Source: the human T2T-CHM13v2.0 reference genome, Homo sapiens. Taken from it: 64,000 bases of DNA. Position 1 is the stretch's first letter. Each line of letters starts with the position of its first letter. Location: the NCBI RefSeq assembly GCF_009914755.1, contig NC_060932.1; one strand, given 5' to 3'. Positions 21,926-39,561 of the stretch are shown in pieces. The notes beneath the pieces were generated by a model. It had not been told where the DNA came from, made no database searches, and was given only the letters and a program-made list of their open reading frames with translations. The translations under genes and the position numbers were made by a program.

Positions 21926-23224
21926 AAATTTTATTTTGACATTTCAAAGACTTTTTCTTTTGAACCAACCAATCTCTTACTTATTAACAAAGTTTGAAGT
22001 GATCCAGTAGTTGTTTAAATAAACTGACTCTCCCGGCAGAAAGTAACTATTTTCTATCCCATTGTCTGATGAGATGCTCTGAGTCTTTGGTTAGATGGAA
22101 GACTGCAGACAAGTTAGCCCTGCATCTCATTTACATAATATTTTTTACTCTTAAGCAAGAAATCTTCACCAGGTCCTCTTGTGATCTGGTGCTGACACAG
22201 AACCATGACCATAGAGGTGCCCATGACTTCTTTCTGTGTCCCTTGAGGATGTTGGTGCCAAAGGCTACTTAAATCCTCCTTGGAAGGAAACGATTTCATC
22301 AGTCAGGAATTATTGTTTTAATTTGTGTCATTTACCTGTTTTGCCTTCCTATCGCAACTACCTCCATGAAAGTAGTTATATTGAAAAAAGATGCTTATAT
22401 TAAAATCAGATAGGCTTTATTAATAAAGTGTAGTGTGTAGGCTTCTATGACTAATACATAGTTTAAAGTCAGGGTAATAGCTGGTGTAATGAAACCAAAT
22501 AAAGTTTCTGGCTCATTCATAACTGTGCAGTAGTTTCGATTTATTCTTTGTTATTGTTGACCACCTTGTTCTTGTTAGAACAAGGCAGGGAATAAATAAA
22601 TAAATAAAACGATTCCACATTATTTTCTGTTTGCCTAAATTGCAACATAAGGAAGCAACAAAAGAAAGATCCTTTTCGCTTAAACATTCTGTTGATCCAA
22701 GAAAAATCACACAGGGTCTGGAAGCAACTTTTATTTGGAGAACTAGACTTGAGTACGTTCAACTGAAAGCCAATGCAAGCTTCTGTTCCTCTAAAATGAT
22801 GTCTTTTGCCTAAGAATAGACCCCTCTTTCAGTCTAAAAACCAGATAAACTGTCCTACAGTGATTCAAATAGCCAGCGGCCTCACTCCCCCCAAACTTGA
22901 CTAACAACACAGCAATATAATTCTACCGTTTAAAACTTGGCTGACCCAAACGTGAACTTTCAAAGAAAATAAGAGTCATTACTAAAAGAGATTCCATTTC
23001 TTTCTGGGGCCTAAGTTAAGATGACTTTCCAGAACTTTGAAAAAACTTACTCTTTCAATGGCCACTTAATTGTGTAACAAAGTAAACATTCACAAGGGAG
23101 GCAAAATATAACATTCCCTATGTTTAGATTTTTCAAATATCTTTAAGGGGTGCATTTTCTTTGTTGGGTTGTCATATGTAGTTTGGAGTAATTTACCAGG
23201 TTCTACCCAAAAGTTGTATCATGA

Positions 23225-23475
23225 TCAAGGATCGCTTGAACCCAGGAGTTTGAGACCAGCTTGGGCACCATGGCAAAACCCTGTCTCTACTAACATTACA
23301 AAAAATTAACCAGGTGTGGTGGTGAATGCCTGTGGTCTTAGCTACTCTGAAGGCTGAGGTGCAAGGATCTCTTGAGCCAGTGAGGCAGAGGTTGCAGTGA
23401 GCTGTATTCATGGCCATAGCACTTCAGCCTGGGTGGCAGAGTGAGATCTTGTCTTAAAGACAAAAAAAGAAAAAG
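23225..23475 (+). mobile_element. 5'-truncated Alu
   Basis: Alu consensus. Confidence 0.9.
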
Positions 23476-23822
23476 AGGGTGAATTCTACCTACCTGGCAG
23501 GATCATTGGGATAATTGCATGAACATAGGATCTGATTCACCACCTGGTACATAGTAGGAATTCATGATATTGTAGCTGTTCTTATAATTATTAATTTGAC
23601 CTGGAACTTCCATGTCCTGATTCTTAGATCTTGCATGATTATACACGTGTTATCTAATTGATGAATTTCAAATATGATCTATTTCAACAGTTAAATGGCT
23701 GAACAGTCATTAATTTCAGGTGGTCCTAAACCCAAATCAGTAAATTCTTTGAGGTGGATAAACCTACATTTCATTTGTAGTTTAAAAAGAAAAAGTGAAA
23801 AAAGTATTTAAAGTCCTGGGTC

Positions 23823-23932
23823 ATGGAAGGCGGAGCTTGCAGTGAGCCAAGTTTACACCACTGCACTCCAGCCTGGGTAACAGAGCGAGACTCTGTCTCA
23901 AAAAAAATAAAAAATAAAAAATAAAATAAAAA
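23823..23932 (+). mobile_element. Severely 5'-truncated AluY-type insertion
   Basis: ggcggagcttgcagtgagcc; perfect 14-bp TSD taaagtcctgggtc (23809-23822, 23933-23946). Confidence 0.92.
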
Positions 23933-24204
23933 TAAAGTCCTGGGTCGATAAGTGACTTTATCCTTCTAAGGTATAAAATGAAGGAGCTACACTAGATAGT
24001 CTCTAAGCAACCTTCAAACTCTGAAATTCTGTGGTTGATATTAGGTCCAGTACTGGGGATCTGTGATTTTTTAATTGCTACAACTTCTAGGAAATGAGGA
24101 GTATCAAAGATTGTTATGGGAGAGTGGGGGTAGGGGAGTTACTATCATTGGTCTTTTGTGAACAAGACCAAGAACAAAAGAAATAAGAACAAAAAAGAAC
24201 AGCA

Positions 24205-24502
24205 AGCCGGGCACAGTGGCTCACACCTTTAATCCCAGCACTTTGGGAGGCTGAGGCAGGTGGATCACTTGAGGTCAGAAGTTCGAGACCAGCCTGGCCA
24301 AAGTGGAGAAAACTCGTCTCCACTCAAAATACAAAAATTAGCTGGGCATGGTGGCAGGTGCCTGTAAACCCAGCTACCCAGGAGGCTGAGGCAGGACAGT
24401 CACTTGAACCGGGATGGCGGCCACTGCTGGGAGCGGAGATGGCACCACTGCACTCCAGCCTGGGAGACAGAGCGAGACTCTGCCTCGAAAAAAAAAAAAA
24501 AA
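24205..24502 (+). mobile_element. Alu
   Basis: Alu consensus. Confidence 0.95.
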
Positions 24503-24779
24503 GGCAACAAAAAGAAGTCAGTCCAGATTTGCAGAAATAACAGGAGTTATTCCCATATAACACACACACACACACACACACACATTTAGTTCTCAAGAAT
24601 AGTTTTCTCTGGCAGCAAGGATTTTAGGGAATTCCGTTTAATCTGCATCTAAGGGTTCTCATGGGACAGGGAAAGGAAGACATCATTGTCCTCAGGAATT
24701 TATAATCTGTGATCAGCAGAAAGACATAAAATGGAAGTGTTCTAAGACATATTTCTGAAGGATGAACTTCCAAAGAAGA

Positions 24780-24824
24780 CATCCATCCATCCATCCATCC
24801 ATCCATCCATCCATCCATCCATCC
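24780..24824. repeat. (CCAT)n microsatellite
   Basis: Seen directly; a (CA)n tract lies at 24560-24584. Confidence 0.95.
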
Positions 24825-24838
24825 GATCCAAATGCTTA

Positions 24839-25170
24839 CAGGTTAAGCATCCCTTATCTGAAAATCTGAAATGCTCCAAAACCTGAAACTTTGAGCACTG
24901 ACATGACGCCTCACATCTCACCCTATGTGTCAGTCAAACACAGTCAAAACTTTGCAGTCAAAACTTGTTTCATGAACACAATTACTTAAAATATTATATA
25001 AAATTACCTTTGGGCTACACATATGAGGTATATGTGTAACGTATGTGAATTTCATGTTTAGAGTTGGATCCCATCTGCAAGGTATCTCATTATGTATATG
25101 CAAATCTTCCAAAATCTGAAATTGAAAACACTTCTGGTCCCAGGCATTTAGATAAGGGATGCTCAACCTA
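24839..25170. mobile_element. Tigger4b/MER46B-like DNA transposon
   Basis: TIRs caggttaagcatcccttatct / gataagggatgctcaacct. Confidence 0.88.
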
Positions 25171-26049
25171 CACTACTTGTGGAGGTGCTAAGCTATAACA
25201 AATACTCTCTGGAGGCCTCTTGGGATATGTTGCCTGTTGATTTGGTTAATTCTGTTTCATAAATCACAGATTGTTGTAATCTCATGGTACCAGTATTTTA
25301 TGATACATGACATAGATTCAAAGCCTTTTGCTACAATTTAAGATTCCATTCATATCAGTAATCCTTGTGGGTCAGAGGGTACTGTGTTGGTGATATACAC
25401 AGACAACTAACTTGTGGAAGCATAGAGAAGAGAGACAGCAGCCAATGGGGATGTATGCACAAGCCTATGTGGGGGTGGATGGGTCAATGGAGTGATGAGT
25501 TAGGGAAGACTCTACATCAAGAATACTCTTGAAGAGTCTTCAAAGATAAATCAGTGACTGGAAGGAAAAGAAACAACCTTTGGTTAGATAATTATTATTT
25601 TTTAAGAGATAGATTCTTGGCTTTGTCATCCAGCCTAGAGTGCAGTGGTGTGATCATAGCTCACTGCAGCCTCCAAACTCCTGGCCTCAGGTGATCCTCC
25701 TGATTTGGTCTCCCAAAGTGCTGGGATTACAGTTGTGAGCCACTGTGCCTGGCCTGGTTAGATTATTTAAATTAGGACTATATTGATCTGAAATATAAAG
25801 AATTGGGGGAATGTGGGTAAGTACAGGGAGACAACAACAATTTTTCTGACTCTTCTTAGTCCTTATGTGGAATTCAGTTATTTCCAATAATTAGCTCCTT
25901 TTCCTTTTGAAGAAAACAATTGTCTTTTCTCAGAGTAATGACATCAGCCTCCTCCTTTAATCAGGTCTTTTTTTCACTTTCCCCCTTTTTTTCACTTTCC
26001 CCAACCTCTAAGCATTTCCTGGTACTAGGAGACTTTTATTGCTCAAGCT

Positions 26050-26430
26050 GGCCCATTTTACTATGGACAGTTCCAATGGTTGCACACTCCTGGGACATTC
26101 CTGTGACTTCATGCTTGGTATGATTTCTACCTTGTTGAATGACTACCATAATTAACCTACTTCTCTAAAAATATTTGAAAGCTGCTGTCTAATTTCTCTT
26201 GAGCCTTGCTTTTTTCTCCTTTAGGCTAACCATCTCTACCTCCCTCAACTACTTTCATAGGTCATAGTTTCCAGTTCCTTTACTAGCCTGATTGCTTTTC
26301 TCCAAATCTCCAACTTTACCCTGTCAGTCGTCAGTTGGAATCTTGTGCTCTGAGCATAGCTGTTCTATGCAAGAACAGGGGAGGACTATCACTTTCCTGT
26401 ATCTAACACTAATACCACTTAGGACTGCAA
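26050..26430 (-). mobile_element. L3/CR1 LINE remnant
   Basis: atatttgaaagctgctgtc...ccttgcttttttctcctttaggctaac matches the antisense CR1 3' coding motif. Confidence 0.65.
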
Positions 26431-26660
26431 TAGTTTTCTCAGCACACGTCACTTTGTTTCCCTGCTTCTCCAAGTCTAGGGTATGCAGTGTGCCTGAGCT
26501 TGCTGGTGCCCTTGCATTCTTCCATGCAGTTGTGGTTTGCTTGTGTTTTTGTTTTAAAAAGAATTCATTGTGTCAAATTTATAAAGGAGTTGGATTTTGT
26601 TCTAAAAGAGGTTCTTGCTTAAGGGCACGTAATAAATATTTCCTGACTGTAACTGAATAA

Positions 26661-27003
<343 letters not shown>

Positions 27004-27104
27004 GATATATGTAGCATTTTGACCTAGATTTGTTGGGATTATAAGTCAAAATGTTAAAATTGATCTTATCAGAGCCTGCCACTTGGAAAAATAACTTTAC
27101 TTCA

Positions 27105-27764
<660 letters not shown>

Positions 27765-28485
27765 TTATTTTTACTTAGGAAATGATTTATCTATTTTGCA
27801 AGTTCATCTTAGAGCACAATTATAGCTATTTATTACTTATTATTCATTCCTATCTTCCCCTTTCCTCTGATAAATAACCTGGTAGTTTTTGGTAAAATAA
27901 GCTAATCAGCAGGGTTCTCTAAATAATACAGTCTCATGCCTGTAATCCCAACACTTTGGGAGGCCAGGACATGAGGATCACCTATGTAGCCAGGAGTTTG
28001 AGACCAGCCCGAGCAACAGAGTGAGCCAATTGCTTGTGTTGGCCTTTTACTTTCCATGTTTTAGGTTAGTCATTACTTTTATCAGGTACAGAGTATAACC
28101 AAGTGGATTTTTCCCTTCTGTCCTCCCTGTACAATGAAGGAGACTGACCGTAAGTGGAACCAGGAAGTGTTGACGTGGTCATTACTGCAAGGAAGGAGGA
28201 AAAATAGCAGCCAAAAATGCCATTTACGTGAAACTTGTGACTTGATTGAGGAAACATTTGCTCAAGCAAAAGCTTAACTGACTACCTCTAAACTGAGGAA
28301 TGTAAGAATTACCATATTTACTTCTGCACTAGAATTAAATTCTTTGTGTGATCACTGTCTTTAGCTCTTATTCTAACACACTGGGGCATAATGAGAGAGG
28401 CATTTGAATGCAGATATTATATTATTCTACCTTAATAAATGTTTTTCTTTGTCTTTGCAATAATGATATTATTAGATAGGCTTGA

Positions 28486-28854
<369 letters not shown>

Positions 28855-29117
28855 TAAATGTTTGTTTGCTGAGGGGGAATATCTGAGTTTACCTTTAAGC
28901 GTCAAAAATACTCTGATACTGCAGTACTAGTTGTTATTTTGTTCTTATTTGAGACTAAATTAACAGCTGTAGTCAGTTACTATGCTCAGGAAATAATGTT
29001 TGGAGATAAACTTTGTGTGTGCTCTCCGTACATTTCATAGTATCATTTAAAAGCAAACCTCTTTAATCAAAGTCAAAAGGAAAGGATGTGTTTTCTTTCT
29101 TCCATGTTTCTTGGCAG

Positions 29118-29126
29118 ATCTTACAG
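29118..29126 (+). other. Candidate 9-nt microexon or recursive splice site
   Basis: ttttctttcttccatgtttcttggcag|ATCTTACAG|gtgagt. Confidence 0.3.
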
Positions 29127-29414
29127 GTGAGTGGGAAGTCATGAATGGGCAATTTCCAAGAAGTACAAAAGTAATTTTGTTCATAAAGCAAAATATTTTC
29201 CTTTGATTCATGATTTACAAGGAAACCCATAGCTTAGCACCTACGAGAAACTTTGAATAGGCTGACTTTGCAGTGAGGGTCTCAAAGAAGGAATGCGGTG
29301 AGCAAATCTTTTGACATTGTGATGATACATTCTTCTAAAGGTTAGGAGGAAAAACTTCTTTCTTAGAGTTTGGCTCCCCCACACCCCCTCTTGCTTCCCT
29401 CTTGCTAATTGCCC

Positions 29415-30900
29415 GTTTTTTGACTTTTTTTTTTCCTTTTGTTTTGTTTTTGTTTTGAGAAAGGGTCTCCCTCTGTCACCCAGGCTGGAATGCAGTGGCA
29501 CCATCACTGCTCGCTGCAGCCTTGACCTGGCTCAGGCAGTCCTCCTACCTCAGCTTCCTGAGTAGGTATGAATATAGACATGTACCACTTTGCTCAGCTA
29601 ATTTTTGTATTTTTTGTAGAGACGGGGTTTCACCATGTTGCCCAGGCTGTGCTTATTTTTTATAATTAAAAAAAAATTAAAGCCAGGTGCAGTGGCTTAC
29701 GCCTGTAATCCCAGCACTTTGGGAGGCTGAGGCGGGATTACTTGAGGCCAGGAGTTCAAGACCAGCCTGAGCAACATAGTGAGACCTCGTCTCTACAATC
29801 AATCAGTCAGTCAGTCAATCAATCAGTCATTCGATCAATCAACTGCAGTAAAGTACACAAAACAAAAGTTTACCATCCTAACCATTTGTTTATTTTATTT
29901 TTTGGAGACGGGGTCTCATTCTATTACTAAGGCGGGTGTCAAACTTGTGGCCTCAAGCAATCCTCCTTCCCAATGTGCTAGGATTACGGGTGTGAGCCAC
30001 TGTGCTGAGCCCTAGCCTTTTTTAAGTGTACAGTTCAGTAGTGTTGAGTATATTCACATTGTTGCTCCACAACTTTTACATCTTGCAAAACAGAAACTCT
30101 ATACCCATTAAACAACAGCTCGCTGTCCCCACATCCACCCCACCTCTAACCCCTTGGCAACCAGCATTCTTACTCCCTTTTTCTATGGATTTGACTAGTT
30201 AGATACATCATGTAAGTAGAATCATTCAGTATTTGTCTGTTACTGGCTTTAAGTCAGCCTAATGTACTCAAAATTCATCCATGTCGTAGCGTGTGCCAGA
30301 ATTTCCTTCCTTTTTAAGGCTTCCATCGTATTTTTCCATCCTTCTGTCAAATGGATGTTTGGGTTGCTTCCACCACCTGGCTATTGTGAATAATGCTGCA
30401 ATGAGCACAGGTGTGCAAACGTCTTTTTGAGATACTGCTTTTGTTCTCACTGGGTCTACTACTACTGGGTAATTGTTTTTGATTTTTTGAGGTTCTCCAT
30501 AGCAGCTTGCATTCCCAACAACAGTGCATAAAGGTTCCAATTTTTCCCACATCTTTGAGAACACTTATTTTTTTAACTTTTTTTTTTTTTTTAAGAGATA
30601 GGTTTTCACTATCTCACCCAGGGTGGGGTGCAGTGCCATGATCATAGCTCACTGCAGCCTCAAACTCTTGGGCTCAAGGGATCCTCCTGCTTCAGCCTCC
30701 CAAAGTAGCTGACTGGCTAGGACCACATCACCACCACAGTCCCCCGCCCCGCCCCCCTCCAGCTAGTTTGTTTTTTTGTTTGGCTTTTAATTTTTTTGTA
30801 GAGACAGTGTCTTGCTATGATGCCCAGGCTGGTCAAGCAATCTTCCCGCCTCAGCCTTTCACAGTGCTGGAACTACAGGAGTGAGCTACCCTGCCTGGAC
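29415..30900 (-). mobile_element. L1MB-like 3' end (~29850-30570) with flanking and nested Alus and monomers
   Basis: aagtgtacagttcagtagtgttgagtatattcacattgttg...gaataatgctgcaatgagc is the antisense L1 3' end. Confidence 0.85.
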
Positions 30901-31569
30901 TATTTTGAGTTTTGATAGTAGCCGTAACTGTCCATTTTTAATATTAACCGTAATGATGAAATAACTTTGAGCACCTGGGGTTGGACAAATGTGAGATTTG
31001 TGTGCGATCTGCAAAGGTAGAGTTAAAATTTTTTTCTTTCACTTGCTCCTAAACACTGTTTTGGGGTTTTTAAACTTACAGCGGGTCTGGTGCAGTGTAT
31101 CATTGTTTCTTCTTGATTTTCAGCACAGTCTGTGTGGGACTGTGTAGGTAGAAAAAGCAGTGGAACATCATGGTAGCTAAAATTGCAGATCTCAAACTTG
31201 GCAGAACTATTAGAAAAAAGTAAAGTTCAGTAGAACAGATTGTGAGGAAAGCATTATTCATGTCACAAGAGTTTACAAATAACAGGTGTACAATGCACTG
31301 GGATGTTTCTTGCCCATTAATGGAAATGCTCTGGAGACTGTACAGTCAAGAAGATGGATAAGGTGGTAGATCTCTTCCGCTCTCTCCCGTGATTGATTTT
31401 TTTTTTCCCTCATACTGCCTAACTTCCTCTGTTACAGACGCTGGGTAGTATCAACATATGTTTCCTTATCGTTCGATCTGAAAAATAAACCCTCCAAAAA
31501 ATTAAAAAGGGGTAAAGGAATGTTCTGATTTATCTGCCATCAATATTTTTTATTCGTGGATTCTCTTAA

Positions 31570-31948
<379 letters not shown>

Positions 31949-32259
31949 TGGGAAATGTCTGACCTAAGAGCGCGTGGCTACTGAGTAACAATTCTAAACA
32001 GTATTTCCTGGGCCTTTACTGTGCTAGATGTTCCCTCTGGTGATACAGGCAAACTTAAGCCAAAATATGAAATAAAACATTTAGGCTTCTTTACACTCCA
32101 TTTTCTCCTTCCCTGCCTCACCAAGTCTCAGTCGCTTTTCACCTTGGCCCTTCGTTTTGTTGCACTCTAGGATCCTGGAGCCTTGCAGGTTTTTCTCAGC
32201 TCATTCCCACTCCTTTCACCCTCACCGTGGCAACTCCAGAATGTGGGTTTCTGGCGCTT

Positions 32260-32720
32260 TATCTTCTGTTTCTGTAAACCTTCGCAGCCAGTCGCTGCCT
32301 TTTCCATTTTAATTGCATTCTCCCACCCCCGCAGTCTTCCTGGAATGCTTCCTGTTTTGTTCACGGTGGGGCCAGTCCTCCAGGGATCCGCATCTCTTCG
32401 TTTGCCTTCGTCTGGCTGAGCCGGGCTGGTGCGCTGAGCTCTAGGTGCAGGCGGAAGCTGGGTCAGGTGCGCGGCCGCACTTCTGGTTGCGCGGCCCACA
32501 CTGGCCGCCATTGTGGTGGAGGTCGGAGCGAGTCTCCTGGGCCCGAACCGGCTGTTGGAAGTGCGAGGGCACCGAGAGCCACGGTACCTGTGAGGGATCT
32601 CTTTAACTTCCTCAGATGGGATGGGGGAAAGATCAGAGGGTGACACTTCGGGTGACCGATGCCTGAACTGGGGCTTCCGGGGGAAGGCTATAGAAAGACT
32701 TGGCGATAAGCTCTCCGACC
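32260..32720. promoter_or_regulatory. Small CpG-island promoter, probably bidirectional
   Basis: Only non-Alu CpG-dense segment in the window. NotI site 32471-32478, TGCGCGGCC twice, ETS-like GCGGAAG ~32451, YY1-like GCCGCCATTGTG 32504-32515. Donors: ACG|GTACCT (+, after 32583) and ACG|GTGAGG (-, after 32226). Confidence 0.8.
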
Positions 32721-33144
32721 GTGACTCCTACCATTACTTTTATTTACTTATCATAGCTTTTTAAAAAACTTTGAAATTAATAATAATTCCCCTGAAATAT
32801 CCACCTGTGGCAGTGGAGCAATGAAAGCACGTGCTTAAGTATTCTCGTCCACACAGTTGGCAGTGGCTCCTCCGTACGGAAAGCAGTTGTGATAGAGTCA
32901 CCTCAAGCCCTGCAGCTTCTCCACAACCCGAATCTGGAATATGTTGCGTGGATATTGCCTTTTTGTAAAATATTGGAATCCGTTGGCCCAAAGTCAATAT
33001 ACTCCTAAACTGTAATACTTAATATTTTTTCTCTGAAGACTATTTTAAATAGTTTTTTAAAATGGTGTCCTGCACTAATGTTTTTGGTAATTATGGCTAA
33101 AAAAAAATTAAAAACCTTTAATATGCATGATGTAAAAACAAAAG

Positions 33145-34315
<1,171 letters not shown>

Positions 34316-34633
34316 AACTGAATTCTTCCTATACTTTATGACTAGATTGTTATTATTTAAAAGAGTAGTTTAAATCATAGTGGTTTAAAGTGGATGTAGT
34401 GAAGGCCTACATAAGTATCTGTGTGTATTTTTCGCATATTATCTCATTTGGGTTTCAGGTCTGTTTTTCCCATGGTAAAAGAACAAGAAAGACAGAACAA
34501 AGAAGGCAGAGCAGAAAAGTTCCATGTTCCTCCTCACTCCATCTTGCCTAGCCAAAACAATTGAACAGTTTCAGATATCTATTTCAAAGATTTCAGATAA
34601 GTTCTAAAATGTTTTCTTTTGTTGTGACTTCAG

Positions 34634-34663
34634 CCTTGACTTGCCTCTACTCTTAAGCACACG
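34634..34663 (+). other. Candidate 30-nt noncoding exon (alternative acceptor at 34459)
   Basis: ttttcttttgttgtgacttcag acceptor and acg|gtaaga donor, 2 kb downstream of the promoter. Confidence 0.4.
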
Positions 34664-35459
34664 GTAAGAACCGAAAGCCACCCTGTGCATCTTAAATCTT
34701 TTAATCTGCTTTGCTGCCAATGGATTATTTCTAGAACATGATGGTGTAGAAAATTCTTAAATTTTAGGCAACTTAAATGCTTCTAAGATTTTTTTTTTTC
34801 TTACCAAAGAGAGGTGGCTTCTGAGTTGAGGACTGTGGGGTTGATGTTTCATGTGAGTTCATGGCTATATTACATTTGGCCTGAAAGTCTAGTGATCTGG
34901 TATATTTTATCCTGTGATCCATTAATATCTATTGAAAATACACTGTAGCTCTTACAGTGAAAAATAATTAGACCTATTTCATCCTCTCTTTCTACTTAAT
35001 ACACATATTTACCCAGTCTAAGCCTGATCAAAAGGACAATGTGGGAATGCATGAAAGAATAATGTGTGCTTTTCAAAAGATAAGCCAGATACTGGAAGCA
35101 GAAACTCTGAAGGACAAAGTTAAAATCTAAAGGTAAATCTTGCTATCCTTGTGTCTGTAAGATACATAGATTGACAAAAGTAACTATAATACAGAGCTAT
35201 TTAGATAATTCAAAAGAATTACATCTTTAGATTATTTTATTGGCTTATATCTGAAGAACTATAAGTTCCATTTTTATGCATAAATTAGTAGCCTATTAGT
35301 TTCTTTTAAAAATTCTCTGTAGATGGAAAGCTTACATTGGAGTTTTCATCTTTTCTTTCTCCTTGCCATTTCTTCATCAGTTATCTTTAGTCTATTACAT
35401 GTATACACACACATATGTAGATATACACACGGATATATATATATATATATATATATGTA

Positions 35460-35745
35460 TTTTCCTGAAACAAGGTGTTGCACTGTCGCCTAGGCTAGGG
35501 TGCAGTGGTGCAGTCACAGCTCACTGCAGCCTCGACCAACTGGGCTCCAGCGAGCCTATATCACCTTAGCCTCCTGAGTAGCGTGTAGTACAGACCACCA
35601 CTCCCAGCTGATTTTTGTATTTTTTGTAGAGATGGGGTTTCACCATGTTGCCCCAGGCTGTTCTGGAACTCCTGGACTCAAGTGATCCACCCGCCTCAGC
35701 CTCCCAAAGTGCTGGGATTATAGGCATGAGCCTCTGTGCCCAGCC
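35460..35745 (-). mobile_element. Alu with (TA)n-derived tail
   Basis: Alu consensus. Confidence 0.92.
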
Positions 35746-36319
35746 TGTAAATACATTTATGTGAAGACTTTGCTAAAGAAAGAGACAATGAAATCAGTGA
35801 AGACACCAATATGGTACATGAAAAACAACTTGGAGCATTAAATCAAAATTGCCAAAGATCACCTTTTTCAAGTGTAAGGCTTGTTTCTTTGTATACACTT
35901 ATCTCTTTTGCAACTTCATGTTATCCTGATGTCTGGGATATTAACTTTAAAGATGATTTTATCGTTTTATTATGGTAGTTATTCCTTCGTTCACTTTCCC
36001 CTTTATTGTGGTTAATCTGCGAAGTAGATTTGGTCATGTAATACACTTTATTTTTAGCAGTCTCACAGTGTCGTAAATCTTGTATTTTATTGCCTTTAAT
36101 GTAAGAATGAAGGCCAGCAATCAGGGTGAGGCTGTTCTGTTTCAAACTTGACACTCAAAAACTAACTTCTGTGTTTTCTATTTTAAGGCTTACTACAGGT
36201 AGACTACTTCAGCCATCAATTAAAATAAGCTTTTCTTAAAAATGAGATGATAATTAGTGACAGCATTAGAATCCCTAATAGTGCGTGTATGTGTGTGCAT
36301 GCACGTGGATGCAGTATGA

Positions 36320-37130
<811 letters not shown>

Positions 37131-38389
37131 ACAGAAATTTATTACTACATAAAATAGAGAATATATTAGAGGAAGTTAGCGGTTAGAATAGTAAAGTGTG
37201 TAATAGTGCAATGTTTTGTGAATTTTGGATACTCATCATTATAAACATCTGACAAAAAGACTGAACTGCATTATAGAGCTGCTGGGTTCTATAAATCACC
37301 AGTCTTGAGCATCCCTGCAAAGTATTTCCTTCCAGCCTGTCACCCATGTAGAAAAAGATCTCCTAATTCTTAATTTAGGAAAGACTTTGTAAGGAGACAT
37401 TATTATATTAAGAAGTGAAACATACGATAAAAAGAAAAATGAATTCCATAACAAAGGGGAGAAAGTAAACGTCTATTCAACTTTCATTGAAATAAATATT
37501 TTCAGAACTTTATTGTGTCTATACAAAATTGTATCTGCATCTTTTTTTTTAACTTAGCAATGAATCTTAGACTTTATATCAGTAATGGAGATCTAACTCA
37601 TTTTAAAAATGATACGTAGTAATTTGGGGAATTTTAAAACAGTGTTAATACATAACTGTCACATATCTCTTTTGTGATTACATTTTTTTGCTAGATGATG
37701 GATTATAGATAGCTCTCTGATACAAACAGGAGATTTCTAAAAGCCTCTTAGTCCTCTTACCTCAGCAATCTATAGTCCATCCTTTCAGTGTTCCTAAATT
37801 TCCTCTGTGAGAATATATATGCTGTTAAAAGTTAAGGGGACTCTGACACGGAAAGCAAATAAACAAAAATTATTAGATGGTTTACAATTGTAGTGCCCAC
37901 TGTTTAATTCAGAATGGAACACAGAAAAATAAATTAGGCTTGTTCTAAATGTTTGCCTAATTCTTTTAGAATATTAGAATTTAACTTATTAGCTGTATGT
38001 TGGGTAAGCATTGCAAGAGTTAACTTGTATTTGACATTTTTCACATGCCCTTAACATTAAGCATGTGTGAGGTCTTCCTGTGTGCATATTTGGATGTACA
38101 GCCTAACTGAGGTGGAAAACACCAAGATGTTTGCAGGGCAGATGCATTCCAAGTATGTGTTCTTATTGCTCTTCCTGCCATTGGCTTCAAGATGAGCTGT
38201 CCTGCCTGTTTTCAGTACTAGTCTTAAAACCAGGTCCTTTTCCATTCCCTCCCATCTTGACTAGGTTGCCTCTCAAATTCAAGTCAAGGCATGTTTTCTG
38301 TCAAGTATACACTTTCAAGATGAAAGCAGCAGTGCACGAAGCAGAGAAAAAAGCCTGCAGAAATGTGTAAAAACTAGAAAAAGTATACA

Positions 38390-38640
38390 GAGAGCAGTGG
38401 GTAGAAATGGGTATAATGGTTGACAGCTCTTGGACCCAGGACTCATGTCTTGTTCAAGATTCAAATCCTGGCTCTATCACTTTCTAGTTATGTTGAACCA
38501 AGTTATTTTGAACTTCAGTTTCCTTATCTATAAAGTGGCGACAGAAATAGAATGTAGTATCTGTTGGATTCAGGATTAAATAGTTCATGTAATAAAATGC
38601 TTGGCAGTATGTTTGGCAACTATTATACAACTCTATATAC
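38390..38640 (+). mobile_element. MIR
   Basis: ttcaaatcctggctctatcactttctag...cttcagtttccttatctataaagtgg. Confidence 0.85.
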
Positions 38641-39090
38641 TCTTCATTTCTTTTCTATGTCCAGATTATTAAAATATTACGAGACCATACCCATGGGGGG
38701 GAACTTTGCTGTCTTTCGTTTAACTGCTGTCCTGGCTAGCTTTCTTACTCAGCCCCTGGGATTGAAGTCAGGCCTAGAAATTTGGGAGTTTGGCATGTTA
38801 AACTTTATAGCTGGGAGTACTGGAGAATGACAGGTAACTTCTGCAAGGGTAAACAGTGTTGAGAACCTTGCTAATTGCACATTGTCAGGCTTTTGAACAG
38901 TTCCCATTGTGGCACGTATTCCTTCAATGCTTTGTTGTGCCTGAAAATGAAAGAAAAGAAACAAAAAGGAAAACTATAATGTTTTTAAACTTGGATTTTG
39001 TTGTTGTTGTTTTTGTTTAAGTAGTAGGAAACTAACATGATCTTTTCTGACTTAGTCTTATGTTCAGATATCCTGAAGCAACTTGAATAA

Positions 39091-39561
<471 letters not shown>

